Below are positions 22,991-33,154 of a stretch of DNA of 64,000 nucleotides, in pieces. The notes beneath the pieces are model-generated. The model saw nothing but the letters and a program-made list of their open reading frames with translations. It was not told the origin of the DNA and made no database searches. Both the position numbers and the translations under genes were made by a program. This DNA is from a bacterium (GTDB taxonomy: Bacteria > UBA8248 > JACPRG01 > G963555815), in the NCBI GenBank assembly GCA_965261595.1, contig CBDHDG010000007.1, positions 640,001-704,000 of the forward strand. Direction: 5' to 3'. Numbering within the stretch: position 1 is the first letter of the stretch; each line of letters starts with the position of its first letter.

Positions 22991-23501
22991 GTGTGCCCCT
23001 GGCAGCTTGTCTGCCAGTGCCGCCGCTTCGCTGAGGCGCACACCCGACTTCCCCGGCCGTAATCCCGCCCAACGGGAAATCCCGCCTTGCAACTCAATGC
23101 TCCGGGCCGGTTGGCCTTCCGGATTCCCTCGTTCTAAGTAATATACCTTATTTCCAGGATCTTCCAAACATTCAACCCATTGATTTCATTTCTTCTCCGT
23201 CTTTGGCTTTGTATCGTACTTTTTTATTGATCGACGCCCTTCGGCGGGGAGAATGTTACCGATCATCCCATTGAACCCCAAAAAAACCGACAAACCGCCA
23301 GGCGTTTCCCCCACCGCCCTTAGCCGTATGGACTGTCACGTTCATCCTTTTCCCGCCTCGGAAATCTAATTTTTCCCCTTACAGATAAGCGAAATCAATA
23401 CGAATACAATTAAAATATCGCTTCTCTCGTCGATCACATTCGGGATTGGGGTCAGGCACCCGTTTGAGGCGGCACTGGCGGTCAAGCCGCCAGTGGCACA
23501 C
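22991..23501. repeat. Inverted pair of GTGTGCC-CTGGC hairpin repeats
   Basis: GTGTGCCCCTGGCAGCTTGTCTGCCAGTGCCGCC (22991-23024) matches the revcomp of 23468-23501, GTGTGCCACTGGCGGCTTGACCGCCAGTGCCGCC. Confidence 0.7.
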
Positions 23502-23542
23502 TCCCTTGAAAAATAGGGGCGCGTTCACGCACCCACCCACTT

Positions 23543-23710
23543 TGTCATTCCGACCGAGGGGCCAACCGGCCCAAGAGTCAACCGACTCAAGGGCCGATAA
23601 ACCCCGACGAAGAATCTCGGGTTGAGGTGTACCGAACGGGAAACCTCCACGACGGAGGGAACACAGCGAGATCCTCACGCGGGGATTTTCAATCCCCGCT
23701 CAGGATGACA
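23543..23710. repeat. TGTCAT...GAAGAATCTC...GAGATCC...CAGGATGACA-type long palindromic repeat with nested hairpins
   Basis: Ends TGTCATTC / GGATGACA are complementary, inner GAATCTCG / CGAGATCC pair, and there are several internal stem-loops. Confidence 0.6.
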
Positions 23711-23764
23711 ACCTCCTCAATCAACGGGGGAGGGGGTTCTGCTATCAAAAAAGCCCCCAAGAAT

Positions 23765-24046
23765 TCAACGATTCCCGGTTGATTTGTCTTCGCCCTTCAA
23801 CGCATCCAAGACAGCCCGGCGGACGGCCTCTTTCAGGTCCTTGTCCTGGAAAACGACCGTTTCGTGACGGCCTCCGCGCGAGGCGACGGTCGGATAGGAT
23901 AGATACCGTCCCCCCTTCTCCGTCTCGACGACCTGGATTCCCCGGACCAGGACCTGGCCGTCCAGCTCGACCTCGGCGTACGCGCGGACCGTTCCGCCCG
24001 GGATCGGGGCTTCGAAGGGGGTGACGCTGACCGACGTGATTTTCAT
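23765..24046 (-). CDS. spoVG: SpoVG family nucleic-acid-binding protein
   Basis: MKITSV.V...VRAYA.V.LD...VRGI.VVE..KG..LSYP...VRRAVL.A. Confidence 0.75.
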   Translation of the reverse strand: MKITSVSVTPFEAPIPGGTVRAYAEVELDGQVLVRGIQVVETEKGGRYLSYPTVASRGGRHETVVFQDKDLKEAVRRAVLDALKGEDKSTGNR

Positions 24047-24264
24047 TCAGATCCCCTCACAATCTTTCGGGGGGGGGGGGCAACCGCGCTCGCCCCGATC
24101 CTACAGCTTTTTGACCCGGGTTTGGCCGAATGCGGGAGGTCCCCCCCCTCCCCCGTCTTTCCCGGTTCGATGGTGGTAGAATAAGCCTTTCCCCTTGGCG
24201 CGATCATCCAGCGCGTTCTAAATACCGTCGGAGAAATTCGTTCATCTTCGCTCAGGCTGGGACC

Positions 24265-24519
24265 ATGCTGCGGTTAATTCTTTACTTGGCGGCCGCGTAT
24301 ATTTTGTGGGTCGCGCTCGGCGCCGTCTTCCGGGGAATCGGCCGGATCGCCGAGCGGCAAAAACGGATCTCGGGCGAGGACCTCGTCCGGTGCGCCGCGT
24401 GCGGGACGTATGTCCCGAAATCGGACATTGTGAGGCGCAAGGGGCATGATTTTTGCGGAAAAGAGTGTGCGGAGAAGGGCCGTGGGCGCGACAGTCCCGA
24501 TTCGAAGGAAGCGCCCTGA
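24265..24519 (+). CDS. PP0621-like small membrane-anchored Zn-binding protein
   Basis: TM helix plus EDLVRCAACGTYVP..FCGKEC. Confidence 0.75.
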   Translation: MLRLILYLAAAYILWVALGAVFRGIGRIAERQKRISGEDLVRCAACGTYVPKSDIVRRKGHDFCGKECAEKGRGRDSPDSKEAP

Positions 24520-24756
24520 CACCCCCCCCTTCCCCCCCTGGACAGGTTCCGGGGGAAATCCTATATACAAAACCTGTGTTTTCTCTAAAGAGGTTAGCCT
24601 TCCGTGTTCCCCCAACCGGCTGAGTGACGCACCCTTTGGATTGCGCTCCGGGGAGCCGAATGGTTCGCCGCCGCCGGCCGGGAGAGACGCGCGTGGGTGA
24701 GGCCCGGCGGCGGGCCGGACATGCGGTCCGAACGCCGCGAGAGGAGTCGTGGAAAG

Positions 24757-27438
24757 TTGGGTAACGGGGTCAGCAAGGAGAGCGACGTAGCCAAATTCGA
24801 TTCCGCCGAGCTTCACGAATGGCTTGAGTCCCTGAACTACGTCCTCCAAAGCGGCGGTCCGGAACACGTCAAAGAGTTGTTGAACACCCTTTACCTTCAC
24901 GCCTACCAGCGCGGCGTCCGACTGCCCTTTTCCGCCAACACCCCTTACGTCAACACCATCCCCATCGAAGACCAGCCCCCGTTTCCCGGCAACCGGGAGA
25001 TCGAGCGGCGCATGAAGAGCCTGACCCGCTGGAACGCCATGGCCATGGTCGTCCGGGCCAACCGGCACGAGGACGGCATCGGCGGACACATCTCCACCTA
25101 CGCCTCAGCCGCGACCTTGTACGAGATCGGCTTCAACCACTTCTTCCGGGGCAAGGGAGACAACCACGACGGAGACCAGATCTACTTCCAGGGCCACGCC
25201 TCGCCGGGCATCTACGCCCGCGCCTTCCTGGAAGGCCGGCTGAGCCAACAGCAGCTTGAGAACTTCCGCCGCGAGCTGAGTCCCAAGGGCGGGCTGTCTT
25301 CCTACCCGCACCCCCGGCTGATGCCCGATCTGTGGGAATTCCCGACCGTTTCGATGGGGCTCGCCCCCATCCAGGCCATCTACCAGGCGCGGTTCAACCG
25401 CTACCTGGAGGACCGGGGTCTCAAAGAGGACACCGGCGCCAAGGTGTGGGCGTTCCTGGGGGACGGCGAGATGGACGAGCCCGAGGCCCTGGGCGCCATC
25501 TCCCTGGCCGCGCGCGCCCGGCTGGACAACCTCATTTTCGTCATCAACTGCAACCTCCAGCGCCTCGACGGCCCGGTGCGCGGCAACGGCAAGATCATTC
25601 AGGAGCTGGAACGGGCCTTCCGCGGGACCGGCTGGAACGTCATCAAGGTCCTGTGGGGAGAGGACTGGGACCCCCTGTTTGCCAAGGACGAAGATGGCCT
25701 GCTGGCGAAGCGGCTGGAAGAGGTCGTGGACGGCTGGTCCCAGAAATACACCGTCGAGGACGGCGCGTTCATCCGCAAACACCTCTTCGGCGTGGACCCC
25801 CGAATTCTGGAGATGGTCAAAGACCTCAGCGACGAGGAGATCCGCAAGATGCGTCGGGGCGGGCACGACCCCGAGAAGGTTTACGCCGCCTACAAGGCCG
25901 CCGTCGAGCACAAGGGGCCCCCGACGGTCATCCTGGCGAGGACCATCAAGGGCTACGGCCTCGGCGAGAGCGGCGAGGGAAAAAACATCACCCACCAGCA
26001 GAAGAAGATGAACGAAGGCGAGCTCCGCGAGTTCCGCGCGCGCTTCGGCATCCCGATCTCCGACGAAGACCTGGCGGACGCGCCGTTTTACCGGCCCCCC
26101 GAGGACAGCCCCGAAATCGTTTACCTGAAAGAGCGCCGCACAGCCCTGGGCGGACCCGTGCCGTCGCGCGTCGTCCGGTGCGAGCCCATCGAGCCTCCGT
26201 CCGAGGAGATGTTGGACGAGTTCTACGAGGGCACGGGCGGACGCGGGATGGCCACCACCATGGCCTTCGTGCGGATCCTCTCCAAGCTGCTCAAAGACGA
26301 GAAACTCGGCAAGCTCATCGTCCCCATCGTCCCCGACGAGGCCCGGACCTTCGGCATGGAATCCCTGTTCCGGCAGGTCGGAATCTACTCCCACGTGGGG
26401 CAGAACTACGAGCCCGTCGACGCCGACAACCTACTCTATTACAAAGAAGCCCGGGACGGACAGATCCTGGAGGAGGGGATCACCGAGGCGGGCGGGATGT
26501 CGTCCTTCATCGCCGCGGGGACGGCCTACGCCACCCACGGCGTCAACACCATCCCCTTTTACATCTACTACTCCATGTTCGGCTTCCAGCGGATCGGCGA
26601 CCTGATCTGGTCGGCGGCGGACATGGGGGTTCGGGGGTTTTTGGTGGGCGGAACGGCCGGGCGGACCACACTGGCGGGCGAGGGCCTCCAGCACCAGGAC
26701 GGCCACAGCCACCTGCTGGCCTATCCCGTGCCGAACCTGTGCGCGTACGACGTGGCCTTCGCTTACGAGCTGGCGGTGATCATCCGAGACGGCATCCGCC
26801 GGATGTATCAGGACCAGGAGCAGATTTTCTACTACCTGACCGTCGAGAACGAGAGCTACCCGATGGGCGCCATGCCGGCGGGCGTGAAAGAGGGCATCCT
26901 GAAGGGGATGTACAAGCTCAGCGCCTCGGAGAACGGAAAGGCCGATCACCGCGCACAGTTGTTCGGCTCCGGCGCCATCGTGAACGAGGCGGTCAAAGCC
27001 GGGCAAATCCTGGAAGAGAAGTATGGCGTGGCCGCGGACGTCTGGAGCGTGACGAGCCACAAAGAGCTGCGGCGCGACGCGCTCGCCGTTGAGCGGTGGA
27101 ACCTGCTCCATCCCGGCGAGACGCCCCGGATCCCCTACATCACCCGGATCCTTCAGAACGAGCCGGGGGTCTTCGTGGCAACCTCCGACTATGTGAAAAC
27201 ACTGCCCGATTCCATCAGCCGGTGGTTCCCGAAACCGCTGATCTCCCTGGGAACGGACGGATTCGGATTGAGCGAGAGCCGGGCGGCCCTGCGGGACCAC
27301 TTCGAGATCGACGCGAGGTACATCACCCTGGCGACACTGACCGCGCTGATGCGGGAAGGGAAGATCGAACCGGATGCCGTCCGGCAGGCCGTCAAGGACC
27401 TGAACATCGATCCCGAAAAACGGGACCCCATGGCCTAG
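24757..27438 (+). CDS. aceE: Pyruvate dehydrogenase E1, homodimeric
   Basis: GGHISTYAS, FPTVSMGL, FLGDGEMDEPE, NLQRLDGPV, TTLAGEGLQHQDG. TTG 24757 follows GAGGAG. Confidence 0.96.
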   Translation: MGNGVSKESDVAKFDSAELHEWLESLNYVLQSGGPEHVKELLNTLYLHAYQRGVRLPFSANTPYVNTIPIEDQPPFPGNREIERRMKSLTRWNAMAMVVRANRHEDGIGGHISTYASAATLYEIGFNHFFRGKGDNHDGDQIYFQGHASPGIYARAFLEGRLSQQQLENFRRELSPKGGLSSYPHPRLMPDLWEFPTVSMGLAPIQAIYQARFNRYLEDRGLKEDTGAKVWAFLGDGEMDEPEALGAISLAARARLDNLIFVINCNLQRLDGPVRGNGKIIQELERAFRGTGWNVIKVLWGEDWDPLFAKDEDGLLAKRLEEVVDGWSQKYTVEDGAFIRKHLFGVDPRILEMVKDLSDEEIRKMRRGGHDPEKVYAAYKAAVEHKGPPTVILARTIKGYGLGESGEGKNITHQQKKMNEGELREFRARFGIPISDEDLADAPFYRPPEDSPEIVYLKERRTALGGPVPSRVVRCEPIEPPSEEMLDEFYEGTGGRGMATTMAFVRILSKLLKDEKLGKLIVPIVPDEARTFGMESLFRQVGIYSHVGQNYEPVDADNLLYYKEARDGQILEEGITEAGGMSSFIAAGTAYATHGVNTIPFYIYYSMFGFQRIGDLIWSAADMGVRGFLVGGTAGRTTLAGEGLQHQDGHSHLLAYPVPNLCAYDVAFAYELAVIIRDGIRRMYQDQEQIFYYLTVENESYPMGAMPAGVKEGILKGMYKLSASENGKADHRAQLFGSGAIVNEAVKAGQILEEKYGVAADVWSVTSHKELRRDALAVERWNLLHPGETPRIPYITRILQNEPGVFVATSDYVKTLPDSISRWFPKPLISLGTDGFGLSESRAALRDHFEIDARYITLATLTALMREGKIEPDAVRQAVKDLNIDPEKRDPMA

Positions 27439-27453
27439 CGGCCGGAATCCATT

Positions 27454-28731
27454 ATGACGACGGAATTCAAGCTGCCCAACCTCGGTGAAAACATCGAATC
27501 AGGCGACGTCCTGAAGGTCCTGGTGTCCGCCGGGGACAAAATCGAAAAAGAACAAACCGTTATCGAGCTCGAGACGGACAAGGCCGCCATCGAAGTGCCT
27601 TCGCCCGTGAGCGGGATCGTCAGCGCGGTCCACATCCATGTGGGCGAAAAGGCCGCCGTGGGACAGCTCATCCTGACGGTGGAGACCGACGGCGCGGCGG
27701 AAGACGCGGTGCCGTCCGGGCCGCCGGAAGCGCCTCCCCCCCCTCCCCCCCCCGAGGCGGAAGAGGCCTCCCCGGCACCACCGGAAGCGCCCGCCGAGGC
27801 GCCCGCGCCACCGGACGATGGCGAGGGGGTCTCCGTCGCGGCAACGCCCTCGGTCCGGCGTCAGGCGCGCGAGATCGGCGTCGACCTTCAGACCGTGAAA
27901 GGGACAAGACGCGGCGGCCGCATCTCCGTTGCCGACGTCAAGGCGCACGCCAAATCGGCCCTACAGGGAAGAGGCGCGGCCCCGGCGGGCGTAGCGGCGC
28001 TCGTCCCCCTCCCGGATTTCACAAAGTGGGGAAAGGTCGAGCGCCGGCCCATGTCCGGCGTCCGGCGCGCGACGGCCGCGCACCTGTCCAGGGCATGGGC
28101 GACGATCCCCCACGTGACCCAGTGCGACAAGGCCGACATCACTGCGCTGGAGAAGCTCCGCAAACGCTACGGGAAGAAGGCCGAAGCCGCGGGCGGAAAG
28201 CTGACGGTCACGGCCATCATCCTGAAACTGCTCGCCTCGGCCCTGAAGGTCTATCCCCAGTTCAACGCCAGCGTGGACGCCGCCAACGAAGAGGTGATTT
28301 ACAAAGAATACGTCCACATCGGCGTCGCGGTCGATACCGAGCGGGGCCTGCTGGTCCCGGTCATCCGGGACGTGGACCGGAAAAACATCATCCGGCTTTC
28401 CGTCGAGCTGAGCGAGGCCGCCGGGAAGGCCAGAGAAGGGAAGCTGTCCATCGACGAAATGCGGGGCGGCTCGATGACCATCACCAACCTGGGCGGGATC
28501 GGGGGGACGCACTTCACGCCGATCATCAACGCGCCCGAGGTCGCCATCCTGGGGGTCTCCCGCGGCGGCGTCGAGCCCGTCCATATCGACGGGGAATTCC
28601 AGCCGCGCGTGATGCTGCCCCTGTCCCTGTCCTACGACCACCGCCTGATCGACGGGGCCGACGCCGCGCGCTTCCTACGGTGGCTGGCCGAGGCCCTGGA
28701 GAACCCCTTCCTGGCCTTCCTGGAAGGGTAA
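27454..28731 (+). CDS. aceF: Dihydrolipoamide acetyltransferase E2 (one lipoyl domain)
   Basis: ELETDKA lipoyl motif, ATPSVRR E3-binding domain, SYDHRLIDG. Confidence 0.95.
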   Translation: MTTEFKLPNLGENIESGDVLKVLVSAGDKIEKEQTVIELETDKAAIEVPSPVSGIVSAVHIHVGEKAAVGQLILTVETDGAAEDAVPSGPPEAPPPPPPPEAEEASPAPPEAPAEAPAPPDDGEGVSVAATPSVRRQAREIGVDLQTVKGTRRGGRISVADVKAHAKSALQGRGAAPAGVAALVPLPDFTKWGKVERRPMSGVRRATAAHLSRAWATIPHVTQCDKADITALEKLRKRYGKKAEAAGGKLTVTAIILKLLASALKVYPQFNASVDAANEEVIYKEYVHIGVAVDTERGLLVPVIRDVDRKNIIRLSVELSEAAGKAREGKLSIDEMRGGSMTITNLGGIGGTHFTPIINAPEVAILGVSRGGVEPVHIDGEFQPRVMLPLSLSYDHRLIDGADAARFLRWLAEALENPFLAFLEG

Positions 28732-28738
28732 TCCCGAC

Positions 28739-30166
28739 ATGAGCGAAGAATCCGGCGCGACAGAAGTGGCCGTCCTCGGAGGCGGACCGGGCGGGTACGC
28801 GGCGGCGTTCCGGGCCGCGGACCTCGGCAAGCGGGTCGCCCTCATCGATGAGGGCGAGAATCCGGGGGGCGTTTGCCTGTACCGGGGTTGCATCCCGTCC
28901 AAGGCCCTGCTCCACGTGGCCAAGGTGATCGCCGAATCCCGCGAGGCCGCCGCGTGGGGCGTCGAGTTTTCGCCCCCCAAGATCGACCTGAACAGGATGC
29001 GCGCCTGGAAAGAGGACATCGTGACGAAGCTGACCGCGGGCGTGGGGCAGCTCTCCAAGGCCCGGGGCGTCCGCTTCGTCCGGGGCCGGGGGAAATTCCT
29101 CGACGCCGGGACGCTGCGTGTCGAGCGGTCCGCGGGCGGCGAAGAGGACATTCCCTTCGAGCGCGCCATCATCGCCGCCGGCTCCCGGCCCTTCATCCCT
29201 CCGGGTCTTTCGTTGGAATCGGCCCGGCTCATGGATTCGACCTCCGCGCTGGCGCTGAAAGACGCGCCCGAGTCCCTCCTGGTCGTCGGCGGGGGCTACA
29301 TCGGCCTCGAGCTGGGCAGCGTGTACGCCGCCCTGGGCGCCCGGGTGACGGTCGTCGAGATGACCGCGGGCCTGCTGCCCGGGGCCGACCGGGACTTGGT
29401 CAACATCCTCGCCAAGCGGCTGGAGAAAACCCTTCACGCCGTCCTGCTCAATACGAAGGTCGCCGGGATGAAAGAAGTGAAGGGCGGCATTCAGGCCCGG
29501 CTCGAGGGCGAAGGCGCGGCGCCGGCCGAGGCGGTGTTCGAGAAAGTCCTGGTCGCCGTGGGACGCGCGCCCAATTCCGGCGGATTGGGGCTGGAGAACA
29601 CGAAGGTCGAGATCGACGAGAAGGGGTTCATCAAAACGGACGCCCAGCGGCGGACGGCGGAAGACAACATCTTCGCCATCGGCGACGTGGCGGGCGAGCC
29701 CATGCTCGCGCACAAGGCCACGCACGAAGGCCGGGTGGCGGCGGAGGCGATCGCGGGCGCAAAGGCGGCCTTCGAGCCGGCCGCCATTCCCGCCGTCGTC
29801 TTCACCGACCCGGAGATCGCCTGGTGCGGCCTCACCGAGACCGCCGCCAAGGTGGAGAAGATCCCCGTCCAAGTGGCCCGCTTCCCCTGGGCGGCTTCCG
29901 GCAGGGCCCAGACCCTGGGACAGAGCGACGGCGTCACGAAGCTTGTCATCGACCCCGAGACGGAGCGGGTCCTGGGCGTCGGCATCTGCGGAAGCGGCGC
30001 GGGAGAGCTGATCGCCGAGGGCGTCCTGGCGGTGGAGATGGCCGCCGTGGCGGCGGACGTGGGCCTGAGCATTCATCCGCACCCCACGCTCTCGGAGACC
30101 CTCATGGAATCCGCCGACGTCTTCTTCGGCACGAGCACGCACATTTATCGGCCGAAGCGGGGGTGA
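28739..30166 (+). CDS. lpdA: Dihydrolipoyl dehydrogenase
   Basis: GGGPGGY, GGVCLYRGCIPSK, HPHPTLSE. Confidence 0.97.
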   Translation: MSEESGATEVAVLGGGPGGYAAAFRAADLGKRVALIDEGENPGGVCLYRGCIPSKALLHVAKVIAESREAAAWGVEFSPPKIDLNRMRAWKEDIVTKLTAGVGQLSKARGVRFVRGRGKFLDAGTLRVERSAGGEEDIPFERAIIAAGSRPFIPPGLSLESARLMDSTSALALKDAPESLLVVGGGYIGLELGSVYAALGARVTVVEMTAGLLPGADRDLVNILAKRLEKTLHAVLLNTKVAGMKEVKGGIQARLEGEGAAPAEAVFEKVLVAVGRAPNSGGLGLENTKVEIDEKGFIKTDAQRRTAEDNIFAIGDVAGEPMLAHKATHEGRVAAEAIAGAKAAFEPAAIPAVVFTDPEIAWCGLTETAAKVEKIPVQVARFPWAASGRAQTLGQSDGVTKLVIDPETERVLGVGICGSGAGELIAEGVLAVEMAAVAADVGLSIHPHPTLSETLMESADVFFGTSTHIYRPKRG

Positions 30167-30334
30167 GCGCCGGTCCCGGCCCCGTCACGGCGCCGGCGCC
30201 CGGCGGCCCGCTTCCAATCCGGGCGGCGCCTTCCGCGATCCCGCCCGGTGGGTGTATATTGAACTGCGTGGAATCGCCGGCATGGGCGGCGAAGACGACC
30301 GAAACCCATTCCATTGAAATCCTGGAGAAAACGC

Positions 30335-31009
30335 ATGAAATTCTTCCTGGACACGGCGGACGTCGAGGAAATCCGCGAAGGCGTGGACCTGGGGCTGATC
30401 GACGGCGTGACGACGAACCCCAGCCTCATCGCCCGAGAGGGCAAGGACTACCGGAAAGCCCTGGAGGAGGTCTGCGCGGTGTGCGAGGGGCCGGTGAGCG
30501 CCGAGGTCCTGAGCGAGGACTTCGAGGGGATGCTCGTCGAAGGGCGCGACCTGTCCCAGATCGCCGGCAACATCGTGGTCAAAGTCCCCCTGGGCCCGCC
30601 GGGACTCAAGGCCACGCGCCGGTTCAGCGAGGAAGGCATCCCGGTCAACGTCACGCTGTGCTTCTCCGCCACCCAGGCCCTCCTGGCGGCCAAAGCGGGG
30701 GCTGCGTACATCAGCCCCTTCGTCGGCCGGCTGGACGACATCAGCCACTCCGGCATGGAGCTGGTCGAGGAGATCCTCGCCATCTATGACAACTACGGCT
30801 ACGAGACCGAGGTCCTCGTCGCCAGCGTCCGGAACCCCATCCACGTCCTGCAGGCCGCCCTGGCCGGCGCCGACGTGGTGACATTGCCCTTCGCCGTCCT
30901 CAAGCAGATGCTCCACCATCCCCTGACGGACAAGGGACTCAAGAAATTCCTGGCGGACTGGAAGGCGGCGAATCGCAACTTCATGACGGAAGAGGCCGAG
31001 GAACGATAA
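30335..31009 (+). CDS. Transaldolase / fructose-6-phosphate aldolase (TalC/FSA family)
   Basis: [41 protein letters not shown]. Confidence 0.95.
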   Translation: MKFFLDTADVEEIREGVDLGLIDGVTTNPSLIAREGKDYRKALEEVCAVCEGPVSAEVLSEDFEGMLVEGRDLSQIAGNIVVKVPLGPPGLKATRRFSEEGIPVNVTLCFSATQALLAAKAGAAYISPFVGRLDDISHSGMELVEEILAIYDNYGYETEVLVASVRNPIHVLQAALAGADVVTLPFAVLKQMLHHPLTDKGLKKFLADWKAANRNFMTEEAEER

Positions 31010-31018
31010 GGAGGCGAT

Positions 31019-31270
31019 ATGCCCATTTACGAATATGCGTGCGCCGATTGCGAGGGGGTGTTCGAAAAACTGATCATGGGCGCCCCGGGAAAGAACGGAA
31101 ACGCGAAAGCCGTCACCTGCCCGTCCTGCGACTCGGCCTCGGTGGCCAAAAAGTTCTCCAGTTTCGCAGTGAAATCCGATTACGTCCCCATCTCCACGGG
31201 CGCCGGCAAGCCGGCCGGGGGGGGAGGGGGAGGCGGAGGCTGCTGCGGGGGGTTCTGCGGCTGCGGCTAG
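31019..31270 (+). CDS. FmdB-family zinc ribbon protein
   Basis: MPIYEY.C..C...FE...CP.C.S; Cys-rich tail. Confidence 0.88.
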   Translation: MPIYEYACADCEGVFEKLIMGAPGKNGNAKAVTCPSCDSASVAKKFSSFAVKSDYVPISTGAGKPAGGGGGGGGCCGGFCGCG

Positions 31271-31445
31271 AGTGCCGGCCGTCTACAACGTTCCGCGCCT
31301 TCTCGCCGGGGCGGCGATTCGACCCGCCGGCCTGTGACACCTGTAACACCATCGCCCGGCGGGCCGGAAGCCCGCCTGACCCGTTCCCGTGGCCCGAAGG
31401 ACGCATCGCGCGGTCCCGCGGGCCCTTTTTTCGTCCCGCCATGAT

Positions 31446-32375
31446 ATGAACACCTTCTCCAGCGCAGCCGTCGAGGCGAAAGACCTCGTGAAGCGGTTCG
31501 GCAGCTTGACCGCCGTGGACCGGATCGGTTTCGAGGCCCGGGCGGGGGAGTGCTTCGGCTTCCTCGGCCCCAACGGCGCCGGAAAAACCTCGACGATGAA
31601 GATGATCCATTGCGCCTCGCCGGTGACGGAGGGGACGCTGCGCGTCCTGGGGATGGACGTCCGAACCTCGGCGAGGGCAATCAAGCGGCGGCTCGGCGTC
31701 GTCCCCCAGGAGACCAACCTGGACCCGGACCTTCCGGTCCGGCGGAATTTGCTGACCTACGCCCGGTACTTCGGCCTGCCCCGGGCCGTGGCCGCGGAGC
31801 GGGCCGACCGTCTCCTCGAGACCCTCGAGTTGGCCGGGCGGGCGAACGCCAGGGTGGACGTCCTCTCGGGCGGGATGAAGCGGCGTCTCCTCATCGCCCG
31901 GGCTCTCATCCACGAGCCGAAGCTCCTGATCCTGGACGAGCCCACGACCGGCCTCGACCCGCAGGCCCGCCACCTCATCTGGCAGCGCCTCCGGCGATTG
32001 AAACGCGAGGGGGTCACCCTCCTCCTGACGACGCACTACATGGAAGAGGCCGCCCAGCTCTGCGACCGGATCCTCGTGATGGATCAGGGAAAGGTTTTGA
32101 TCGAAGGCAACCCGAGGGAGCTGGTCGAGCGGGAGATCGGCCGGGAGGTGGTCGAGCTGCAGGTGGAGGAGGCTGAGGAGGACCGGGTCCTGGCGGCCGT
32201 CTCAGGCAACGAATTCAAGCGCGAGCGGTCCGGGGACACGCTCTACCTTTACACCGAGCGCGCGCTCGAAATCACCGCCCGGCTGAAAGCGGCGGGCTTC
32301 CGGCGGCTGCTCTACCGGCCGGCCTCGCTGGAGGACCTGTTCCTGAAGCTGACGGGCCGGGAGCTGCGGGAGTGA
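31446..32375 (+). CDS. ABC exporter ATPase (NodI-like)
   Basis: GPNGAGKT, LSGGMKRR, ILDEPTTGLDPQARH, LTTHYMEEA. Confidence 0.93.
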   Translation: MNTFSSAAVEAKDLVKRFGSLTAVDRIGFEARAGECFGFLGPNGAGKTSTMKMIHCASPVTEGTLRVLGMDVRTSARAIKRRLGVVPQETNLDPDLPVRRNLLTYARYFGLPRAVAAERADRLLETLELAGRANARVDVLSGGMKRRLLIARALIHEPKLLILDEPTTGLDPQARHLIWQRLRRLKREGVTLLLTTHYMEEAAQLCDRILVMDQGKVLIEGNPRELVEREIGREVVELQVEEAEEDRVLAAVSGNEFKRERSGDTLYLYTERALEITARLKAAGFRRLLYRPASLEDLFLKLTGRELRE

Positions 32376-33154
32376 TCGGGGCCTCCATGATCCCCGACCT
32401 CTCGGTGGGCGTGTTCCACGTCTGGCGGCGGAACCTGGACTCCTTCCGGGGCTACTACCTGGCGGCCATGGTGGCGAACGTCGGCGAGCACCTCATCTAC
32501 CTTCTGGGGATGGGGATCGGCGTGGGCGCCTACGTCCGGCTGGGCGGCGACGCCTCGTACCTCCAATTCATCGCCCCCGGCCTGGTGGCGTCCTCGGCCA
32601 TGTGGTCCTCCTCCATGGAATGCACCTACGGCGCGTTCACCCGGATGCAGGAGCAGAAGACGTACGACGCCGTCCTGGCCACGCCCTGCTCGGTGGCGGA
32701 CGTGGTCCTGGGCGACATCCTGTGGGGCGGATGCCGCGCCGTCATGAGCGCCTTCACGATGCTGATCGTCATGGCGGTCTTCGGCCTCATCGGCTCGCCG
32801 CTGTTCCTTTGGATCCTTCCGCTCATGTTCCTGACCGGCCTGGTCTTCTCCGCCCTGGGGATGATGGCCACGGCCCTCTCCCCCTCCTATTTCTTCTTCA
32901 ACTACCACTTCACGATCGTGGTCACGCCGATGATCTTCCTCTCGGGGATCTTCTTTCCCCGCGAAGGCGTCGGCGCGGCCTTCAGCGCGTTCACATGGCT
33001 CCTTCCGCTGACCCACGCGGTGGAGGGCGCGCGCGCGCTCAACGAGGGACGGTTTTTCTGGACTGCGCCGGGGGCGATGGCCTGGCTCGCCGCCGCGGCG
33101 GTGATCCTGATCCCGGCGGCGATCCGGATGATCCACAGACGGATCGTCAAATGA
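32372..33154 (+). CDS. ABC-2 permease (NodJ-like)
   Basis: VWRRN, YLQFIAPG, TPM.FLSG.FFP, LPLTHAV. Confidence 0.9.
   Translation: MIGASMIPDLSVGVFHVWRRNLDSFRGYYLAAMVANVGEHLIYLLGMGIGVGAYVRLGGDASYLQFIAPGLVASSAMWSSSMECTYGAFTRMQEQKTYDAVLATPCSVADVVLGDILWGGCRAVMSAFTMLIVMAVFGLIGSPLFLWILPLMFLTGLVFSALGMMATALSPSYFFFNYHFTIVVTPMIFLSGIFFPREGVGAAFSAFTWLLPLTHAVEGARALNEGRFFWTAPGAMAWLAAAAVILIPAAIRMIHRRIVK

Noticed and set aside
22800..23760. CRISPR array
   Set aside because: No regularly spaced direct repeats and no cas genes; the repeats are palindromic and heterogeneous.
25105..30789. Long antisense/alternative-frame ORFs over aceE-aceF-lpdA (and similar ones over rpoD, mutS2, hisD, murA, IS3)
   Set aside because: Shadow ORFs expected from high GC3 codon bias; Arg/Pro/Gly-rich with no motifs.
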